Virus record (IMG/VR): IMGVR_UViG_3300043372_000090
Location: 2,655-66,654 of that record
DNA length: 64,000 nucleotides
Strand: one strand, 5' to 3'
DNA from: a virus
Lineage: Duplodnaviria > Caudoviricetes
The notes below the pieces were generated by a model. The model searched no databases, was not told the origin of the DNA, and was given only the letters and a program-made list of their open reading frames with translations. A program made the position numbers and the translations under genes. Shown here piece by piece: positions 57,889-64,000 of the stretch (the first letter of the stretch is position 1; each line of letters starts with the position of its first letter).

Positions 57889-57918
57889 AACACCGCAAGT
57901 ATAGGCGTTAAACAGCTT

Positions 57919-58482
57919 TCATGCAGACTCTTGTTTTCTTCTTTTTTCATGTTGTAACTTTAGGAATTTCCAGCAAGTTACTACATGCATTAGTGGCATT
58001 GAAATTGTTTTAGTAGTATTTAGATATTTGATTGCTATCTTTGCAGACTCCGCAGTTGGAGCTTGCAATACTAATTTCAATATTTCTGGTGTTGATAGTA
58101 TTGTGTTTAGTGTTTGTTTTTCTCCTTGTGTCAAATTATTGTGCATGTATTCTGCATGCCTATCGTAATGATCTGGCTTGTAATTAGTTTTTGTGTAATC
58201 AATTACGCTAATTAGCTTATTGTCTTTATAGACATATTTTGCTAGTGTTGAGCTATACCAACATCCGTTCAATAGTGAGATGATGTGACTCCGTGACCAT
58301 GCTGGCCATGGATTAGGTGCGAACACAGATTTCATCTCAACAACATCATTTCCTGATGCTTTTGACACAAATAGTTCAAAGATTAGTATGGCTGTGTATT
58401 TGTTGGATATGTGCACACCAATATTATTGACGTGCACATAATAGGCCACGGGTGCAATGTATTTCTTGCGATGTGATGCCAT
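57919..58482 (-). CDS. hypothetical protein
   Basis: 187-aa ORF. Confidence 0.7.
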   Translation of the reverse strand: MASHRKKYIAPVAYYVHVNNIGVHISNKYTAILIFELFVSKASGNDVVEMKSVFAPNPWPAWSRSHIISLLNGCWYSSTLAKYVYKDNKLISVIDYTKTNYKPDHYDRHAEYMHNNLTQGEKQTLNTILSTPEILKLVLQAPTAESAKIAIKYLNTTKTISMPLMHVVTCWKFLKLQHEKRRKQESA

Positions 58483-58883
58483 TAGAACCTTGGTTTGTAT
58501 TTACCAGCCATACGTGACATACAGTGCCCACATTTCCAAGGTGGAGTCCAATCTCCAGTTAGAAATGTATCTACAACTTCTGCCGTAGTACATCTTTCTA
58601 ACTTAGACCAGTCATGTGATTTCTCATTTGCATGGGTTCTCCATACAATACTCATATCTTTTTCCCAGTAGAGATTGTCTAAAGACTCAATGCTATTAGC
58701 TGATTCTCGTGTACCATCCCAATTCTTAGGCATTTTAAAAGCAACAACTTTTAACTTCCAAGCTGGCCAATTAAGTATGACAATTTCATTTGCACTAACG
58801 AGTGGTTCTATTTTGGCCCACCCGTCTGGGTTTTCACTACCATCTTTCATGGCGTCTAGTAATTTAATTAATTCTTGTAACAT
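58482..58883 (-). CDS. hypothetical protein
   Basis: ORF track start 58934 lies in a 15-bp hairpin; ATG 58883 is likelier. Confidence 0.65.
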   Translation of the reverse strand: MLQELIKLLDAMKDGSENPDGWAKIEPLVSANEIVILNWPAWKLKVVAFKMPKNWDGTRESANSIESLDNLYWEKDMSIVWRTHANEKSHDWSKLERCTTAEVVDTFLTGDWTPPWKCGHCMSRMAGKYKPRF

Positions 58884-58972
58884 GTAAATCTTTCGTAGTA
58901 GTTTGTGGAGCCTAAAATGCAGTTTAGACTCCACAAATTGTATGTGATACGTTTTATTGTACCGTAGGTAAT

Positions 58973-59479
58973 CTAATCACACATACACTCTTCTTCCCAT
59001 CCGTTGCAACATTCACATACTGTATAACCCATTGCTTCTTTGTCTTCATCAGTCAACTCTTCATTTACTCGCTGGACTTCGTCAAAGTAACCATCTTGTC
59101 TACTCATAGTGCCAGCAAAGCACATTCCGGGTTCTGAGTAGTGCATTACAAAATTAAGCTTGGGATACTTTGCGCTCATAGTGATAAACCACTCACGTGG
59201 TGGCCCCCATGCTGTGTCGAACGAATACCGTAACTCGTTATCGTTACCAATGCTCTCCAGTATGCATCCGTAACATGCATTCCATTTAGTCCCCCAGTTG
59301 GACAGAGACCATGTGTACCAGTTGTTTCCATCTTCTTCATCTGGCATTGGCACTGATCCATTGAAATCCACTTGGTAAAGACCGTGTTGATCTATAGTTG
59401 TGTTTTCTGTTTTCCATTTTGTTAGATCGTCAATGTTGTCACCAGAAACACTAAATGTGTTATCGCACCAATTCGGCAT
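58973..59479 (-). CDS. DUF1281/YubB ferredoxin-like-fold protein
   Basis: MPNWC.N, WY.W...NWGTKWN, FDTAW.PP, Y.EPG..F.G. Confidence 0.8.
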   Translation of the reverse strand: MPNWCDNTFSVSGDNIDDLTKWKTENTTIDQHGLYQVDFNGSVPMPDEEDGNNWYTWSLSNWGTKWNACYGCILESIGNDNELRYSFDTAWGPPREWFITMSAKYPKLNFVMHYSEPGMCFAGTMSRQDGYFDEVQRVNEELTDEDKEAMGYTVCECCNGWEEECMCD

Positions 59480-59490
59480 TGTTTTACTCC

Positions 59491-59820
59491 TTATCCGTAA
59501 ACTAACTCACCGTAGCATAGTTCTTGCCATATGCCGTCAATAATGTCGTAGTCAATATTCTGTGGTTCTACGAACGTACGATCGCCTTTTGCCCAGCACG
59601 TACGTAGATGCTCCAATACGTTTAGATCTGATATGAGATGTGTTTCATATTCACCATCAATAATCTCAATCACCCAGTTTTTATCTGTGTGTTCTACTAC
59701 TCGTACGTTATTAATCCAATCATTGTATTGGAGCATGTCCATTATCATTTCAAACCACCACTCTGTGTTGATGGATTGAATAGTGAGCGTCATGTGCTCA
59801 AATGTGTAGTTATCTATCAT
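59491..59820 (-). CDS. hypothetical acidic protein
   Basis: 109-aa ORF with GGAG SD. Confidence 0.7.
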   Translation of the reverse strand: MIDNYTFEHMTLTIQSINTEWWFEMIMDMLQYNDWINNVRVVEHTDKNWVIEIIDGEYETHLISDLNVLEHLRTCWAKGDRTFVEPQNIDYDIIDGIWQELCYGELVYG

Positions 59821-60142
59821 CTCTATTAATCTCCTTTATTGCTTGTGTGAGTCGATCCCAATTCGTACCAACATGAGCATCAAATGTGTCATGTAGTACT
59901 TCGGCTACACCTGCCCATTTATCCCAGTTATCTGCTGTAACCTGTGCAAGTTCCTCTCCTGTCGGATATCGACTATCACATCTTAGTTGCAATGCAAAAT
60001 CGTATGGCCCCCATACTTCAATGTAAAACTGCGGGTATTTCTCCCGCAGCCATCGCAACTCGTCCTGAAAGTTTTCTTCGTCTTGATCAATCTCTTCTAC
60101 TGTCAATGTGTTACCCAAAATTCTGGTTCTTCTAACTTGCAT
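59810..60142 (-). CDS. hypothetical acidic protein (start uncertain)
   Basis: 110-aa ORF overlapping both neighbours. Confidence 0.65.
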   Translation of the reverse strand: MQVRRTRILGNTLTVEEIDQDEENFQDELRWLREKYPQFYIEVWGPYDFALQLRCDSRYPTGEELAQVTADNWDKWAGVAEVLHDTFDAHVGTNWDRLTQAIKEINRDDR

Positions 60143-60516
60143 GCAAAACCTAAGTCATGCGCACTAAATATGTCATTCCACTCGCTGTATGTAGAGTCAT
60201 TGATGTACTCCCACATAGCCTCATTGAATTCTTCTATGGTGCGTTCGTGGTACACGGACTGTACTAAGGCAATGAACTTTGTGATTTCATCTTCGGTAAC
60301 TTTTACCTCTCCTTGTGCTTCTTCTTCACTGATAAAGCGACGTATTGCTGCATCGGTATATCGAATAAGGGACGTATTAAAGATACGCCTACCAATGGCT
60401 GCCATAAAGTATGCGCCATTGGCTGGTGATAGGCACTCACCGTCTTTGGTGTAGTGCCCTTGTCCGTCCCAGTGGTCAGTTGACCACTCGTCGTAATCTG
60501 CTATTGAATAGAACAT
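60103..60516 (-). CDS. hypothetical acidic protein
   Basis: 137-aa ORF with GAGGT SD. Confidence 0.7.
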   Translation of the reverse strand: MFYSIADYDEWSTDHWDGQGHYTKDGECLSPANGAYFMAAIGRRIFNTSLIRYTDAAIRRFISEEEAQGEVKVTEDEITKFIALVQSVYHERTIEEFNEAMWEYINDSTYSEWNDIFSAHDLGFACKLEEPEFWVTH

Positions 60517-60546
60517 GTTTATTTACCTCGTGTTTATTGTGTTTAA

Positions 60547-61440
60547 TTAAACCCACAGCGCAGCTGAGCCGTGGGCACGGATGACGATATCGCTATCGCC
60601 ATCACAGCGTAGAGATGCAGGACAAGTATCGCATGTAGTATGCATTTTCAGCATATTCCGCATTACTCGCATCTCGTTAATGAATGGATCGCTTGGGCAT
60701 TGTTTGGCGCCACGGGCATAGGCAGTGTGGCGCTTGTCAATATATCCATCGTGTGGGCGGACTAGGAATGTGCCCCAGCCAGCTTCTTTGGCTTCCCATC
60801 GATCGACGTATGAGTCACATGATGCCTGAAGCACACCACGGAACGGCTTGGCTATTGGCATACGCCATTGATGTGTATAGCCAGTATGACCAAGCTCATA
60901 GCGTAGCATGTCACCCCAGATTGGGAATGGCACGGCAACTGGGTCACCGTATGTACCCATGCGTAGTTTCTTGCCAGCAATCACCTGAATGGTAGCAGCA
61001 ACAGTGCTAGACACAATAGGTATGTTGCCCTTCTGGAATGACTCCCATACAGCCGAGGTGCCCTTGCCAATGTTGACGTAACAAGTACGTACATCCTTGA
61101 CCTTGGCTGTACGTGTATGGCGCTTGCGTCGCTTGCGGTGTGTGCAGTTACCACAGATACAACCATCAAGTAGCTGGTCGATTGCAACTTGTGGATGTAC
61201 ATCACGCATGATGATGTATGACTGAATCATGTCACCAGTCTTGATGTTCCAGTCCTCATTATTGGTCTGACAGTTAGACATGACACATATGATGCGCGAG
61301 CGTCGATCCAGCTGGCTAACGCCATCATAGATGCAGTACGAGTTGTACTTGGGCTTCATGTGTTTACCATTGTGTACATTGGTAAAAAGGGCTGGATTTG
61401 CATCCAGCCCGAACTTAGCGAGGTATTGTTGTGCTGTCAT
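60547..61440 (-). CDS. conserved Cys-rich phage protein, possible metal or Fe-S enzyme
   Basis: N.KTGDMIQ, ICGNC, CYV, LRMGTYGDP, GYTHQW, CP..CDTC....C. Confidence 0.7.
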   Translation of the reverse strand: MTAQQYLAKFGLDANPALFTNVHNGKHMKPKYNSYCIYDGVSQLDRRSRIICVMSNCQTNNEDWNIKTGDMIQSYIIMRDVHPQVAIDQLLDGCICGNCTHRKRRKRHTRTAKVKDVRTCYVNIGKGTSAVWESFQKGNIPIVSSTVAATIQVIAGKKLRMGTYGDPVAVPFPIWGDMLRYELGHTGYTHQWRMPIAKPFRGVLQASCDSYVDRWEAKEAGWGTFLVRPHDGYIDKRHTAYARGAKQCPSDPFINEMRVMRNMLKMHTTCDTCPASLRCDGDSDIVIRAHGSAALWV

Positions 61441-61949
61441 TAGTTTCTCTCTCTATCTTTGTTTTCTGCTACATGATCCATGTAGTTTTGTATTTGTGTT
61501 TCTTCTGTCCAGTTAGCGTCAGTAGATTCGTCTTCTTCTCGTAGTGTTTTCATCACCTCCCTCCAATTCACATCACGCAACTCATTGTTAAGAACGTCAG
61601 TGATATAAATGTTTGCGACGCCATAAATCAGCTCGCCATACATTTCCTCAAAGTAATTTTGAAGATTTGTTTCATCAACATCTTTGCGTGTGCTTGCTGG
61701 CTCATCGTAATACCAGTTCTCTACTTGCTCTTGATGATGCAGGTAAAACAACCATGTTGCGTAATTAGTCCAGCCGTTGTATGTACTCATTTGTTTTGTC
61801 TTTCTGTCTCGTCGTTGATTACTCTTGATTCTGTATATGTGTTGTTGAGACACTTTGTATTTAGTAGCAAGTGCAACTACACTTACACCATTGTTTGCTT
61901 GATGACGTATTGATTCTATTTGTTCAAGCGTCAGTTTTTTAAGTGGCAT
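61440..61949 (-). CDS. HTH domain fused in frame to a YNGWTNY.TW-type protein
   Basis: N-terminal LT.EQI..IR...S...LA.KY.VS...I..I; internal ATG 61790 begins MSTYNGWTNYATW. Confidence 0.7.
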   Translation of the reverse strand: MPLKKLTLEQIESIRHQANNGVSVVALATKYKVSQQHIYRIKSNQRRDRKTKQMSTYNGWTNYATWLFYLHHQEQVENWYYDEPASTRKDVDETNLQNYFEEMYGELIYGVANIYITDVLNNELRDVNWREVMKTLREEDESTDANWTEETQIQNYMDHVAENKDRERN

Positions 61950-62350
61950 TATTCGTAATGTGATCTTTCTGTTTGTTGATTCTCACCGGGAAACTTCTCG
62001 ATGATTACATTGTATGAATTTGGTCCATCATAACCATAATCATCAATGTCTTCACCTCGTGCATCAGCGCGTTCCATTTGACGTAAGCAGTGCTCTCCAT
62101 CTGCTATTTTTGCTTCATAGTTTAATTGTGAACACCTTTCCTGTAGTTTCTGTTGTAATTTTTCTGCTGCGTCACGATTACTGCATCGGACATATTGTTG
62201 AAGTATGTATAGGTTGCCCCACCAACCTCCTTCCTCTGGGCCACCATAATACGGCTCGACACTGTACATAGAAACAATGCACTCTTCAGCTTCTTGTGCG
62301 TCAGCCATGATTTCTTCCCATGCTTGGATCATTATTTTTCTGTCAGTCAT
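61949..62350 (-). CDS. conserved hypothetical phage protein (YGGPEEGGWW motif)
   Basis: Motif read in the translation. Confidence 0.7.
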   Translation of the reverse strand: MTDRKIMIQAWEEIMADAQEAEECIVSMYSVEPYYGGPEEGGWWGNLYILQQYVRCSNRDAAEKLQQKLQERCSQLNYEAKIADGEHCLRQMERADARGEDIDDYGYDGPNSYNVIIEKFPGENQQTERSHYE

Positions 62351-62622
62351 ATTTTTATATCGTCCTTTGTTGCTATATGTGCAAAACCAACCATGCAGTG
62401 ACGCTCACTGTATATACGATATTGATTGCCGTCGTATGATTGCTCAACACCTTGGCGTAATCTAGTGCACCCAATGTCGCTAAAGAGTTGCCGCCTAACC
62501 TTGATTAGGCTAGGCGGATTACGATACGTGTGAAAGTAAAACCTGACGAGTCTATTTGGTGTTGCATCTTGAAATGTTGACCAATACTCAAACTTATACG
62601 TTACTGGATTTGCTTCTTTCAT
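62347..62622 (-). CDS. hypothetical protein
   Basis: 91-aa ORF with ATGA overlaps. Confidence 0.65.
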   Translation of the reverse strand: MKEANPVTYKFEYWSTFQDATPNRLVRFYFHTYRNPPSLIKVRRQLFSDIGCTRLRQGVEQSYDGNQYRIYSERHCMVGFAHIATKDDIKI

Positions 62623-62864
62623 TTTGTTACCTTTATTGTTATTGTTGCTGTCTGTGCTGTGTCATCCCATTCAATGACATCATCAGAGCATTCAAGACAG
62701 TACTTGGCTGTCTTCTTGTCAGGTATCCATGCTTCCATAACACCCAAGAAATATTTCTTGTCTTTCTTCGAGCAGTTAGTCATGCGATAGAAGTGACGTG
62801 CCCATCTAAGCATTCCCGGTGCATTGAACATCTCTACGCTTACCAAACAGATAACTCGTTCCAT
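62619..62864 (-). CDS. hypothetical protein
   Basis: 81-aa ORF with AGAGGA SD. Confidence 0.65.
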   Translation of the reverse strand: MERVICLVSVEMFNAPGMLRWARHFYRMTNCSKKDKKYFLGVMEAWIPDKKTAKYCLECSDDVIEWDDTAQTATITIKVTK

Positions 62865-62866
62865 AA

Positions 62867-63145
62867 TTAAATTCCTCTAAGTGTGTTTGCTTCTTGTTTC
62901 ATTAAGTCTTGTATTATCTCAATCGATAAATCGCTTGGCCCATTAGCTTCAATAAGCAGATCAATGCTTGCTATTTGTGCTGCTTCAGCTATTTCCTGTG
63001 GTGTGTAATCGTAGTCAAGGTCAAAGTATTCCCAAAGACTAAAATCAGGTAGATCAGTACTGTTAAATCCAATAGTCTTTGTCAGCATCTCATCTACGAG
63101 TTTACGAAACGTTGGTTCTGTGTATTTCATTGTGTTTTCTTTCAT
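62867..63145 (-). CDS. hypothetical protein
   Basis: 92-aa ORF downstream of pseudoknot copy 1. Confidence 0.7.
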   Translation of the reverse strand: MKENTMKYTEPTFRKLVDEMLTKTIGFNSTDLPDFSLWEYFDLDYDYTPQEIAEAAQIASIDLLIEANGPSDLSIEIIQDLMKQEANTLRGI

Positions 63146-63154
63146 TGTGTAGTT

Positions 63155-63184
63155 GTGCGTTGTCAGTGAGTCGCACCCCTCACA
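63155..63184 (-). ncRNA. H-type pseudoknot element, copy 1
   Basis: UGUGAG-GG-GUGCG-A-CUCAC-UGACAA-CGCAC; S1 GUGAG/CUCAC, S2 GUGCG/CGCAC. Confidence 0.65.
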
Positions 63185-63189
63185 TCTGA

Positions 63190-63681
63190 TTAATCCTTGA
63201 GGGTTAATCTCTGGTGGTTACGAACACAAGTCTTCCTCACTTGACCTTCAAAGTCTGGCATTGCAGTAGCAACATACTTCCAGAAGTCAAAGCCAATGAT
63301 AGGCAACTTGACATCAATGATGACTCTTTCCAGTGTCTGGATCGCTTCATCAATCTGTTCTTCAAGAGTCTCGCTGTTAAGCTGAACCTTGATGACCTTA
63401 TTCATAAATGACGATGTTTCACGGCTATCCTTGTCAGGACGCAATGTCATAGTCACTTCAATTTGAACAAGAGGAATAGGATGAAGAGTCTTCTCTTCAC
63501 CATTAGCTACGTCCATACGCAGCTTGTAATCCATTGATATGTGATGCCCGTTAAGTTCAACGGTATCTGTATGTGAACATGTATGGTAGCCACCATACGA
63601 GTACAAGGTACCGTCTGCTACTTTTGCAGGAACAGCGAGAAGATTTTCGCGGAAATACTTTGTGTACAATTCGATAGACAT
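63190..63681 (-). CDS. hypothetical protein
   Basis: 163-aa ORF flanked by the two pseudoknot copies. Confidence 0.75.
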   Translation of the reverse strand: MSIELYTKYFRENLLAVPAKVADGTLYSYGGYHTCSHTDTVELNGHHISMDYKLRMDVANGEEKTLHPIPLVQIEVTMTLRPDKDSRETSSFMNKVIKVQLNSETLEEQIDEAIQTLERVIIDVKLPIIGFDFWKYVATAMPDFEGQVRKTCVRNHQRLTLKD

Positions 63682-63697
63682 GATTATGTTTCTTTCT

Positions 63698-63727
63698 GTG
63701 CGTTGTTAGTGAGGCGCACCCCTCACA
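63698..63727 (-). ncRNA. H-type pseudoknot element, copy 2
   Basis: UGUGAG-GG-GUGCG-C-CUCAC-UAACAA-CGCAC; 28/30 identical to copy 1, both differences outside the paired stems. Confidence 0.65.
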
Positions 63728-63733
63728 CAAACA

Positions 63734-63997
63734 TTAGATAGCGATTTTGATGTTAAACGAAAACTCGTGGTCCGTTATGTTTTCTTTTGTTCTTATGTGA
63801 TTCATTATCATTTCTGATTCAACTTCCTCAAGATTAAGAGTTACTTCATTAAGATCAATTAATACATAATTAAGAGGGTCGGTAATAGATTTAAATCTTT
63901 CCCACATATGATCATAATGATCTTTTGTTATGAGGTTTTCTCTTACTAACTCTTCAAGTACAAGTGAACCGTATAAAACTACAGGTACAAATCTCAT
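63734..63997 (-). CDS. hypothetical protein
   Basis: 87-aa ORF; TAAATG at the window edge implies an upstream gene outside the window. Confidence 0.65.
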   Translation of the reverse strand: MRFVPVVLYGSLVLEELVRENLITKDHYDHMWERFKSITDPLNYVLIDLNEVTLNLEEVESEMIMNHIRTKENITDHEFSFNIKIAI

Positions 63998-64000
63998 TTA

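Noticed and set aside
63155-63727. Twister, pistol or preQ1 identity for the duplicated pseudoknot
   Set aside because: The element is too short and lacks the additional stems and conserved nucleotides of those classes as I recall them; left unclassified.
1-64000. CRISPR array, integrase/att site, transposase, intron or stop-codon recoding
   Set aside because: No spaced direct repeats or relevant catalytic motifs were seen; genes tile densely under the standard code and no suppressor tRNA was found.

Overview
The window is most or all of a tailed dsDNA phage genome with podovirus-like architecture. Positions 3.3-52.4 kb run mainly on the + strand and hold two tRNAs, a metallophosphoesterase, ThyX, dUTPase, SSB, a 2109-aa giant protein, terminase, portal, scaffold, capsid, adaptor and tail genes, ejection-type genes including a 4260-aa giant with an HExxH motif, and a CHAP endolysin. 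Both ends (1-3.0 kb and 52.4-64 kb) are a leftward arm of replication, recombination and small accessory genes. No integrase, DNA polymerase, reverse transcriptase or CRISPR array was recognised. The most striking result is non-coding: four hammerhead ribozyme folds (one type II, three type III, two with core variants) lie on the minus strand between genes in the first 3 kb. Other RNA or DNA signals are a duplicated 30-nt H-type pseudoknot upstream of two start codons near 63 kb, a candidate small RNA carrying an anti-Shine-Dalgarno motif, a recurring intergenic TACYTRCGGT motif, and several leaderless-looking promoters. All protein family calls come from motif recognition by eye, with no database search. 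All RNA structures were paired by hand and are untested.
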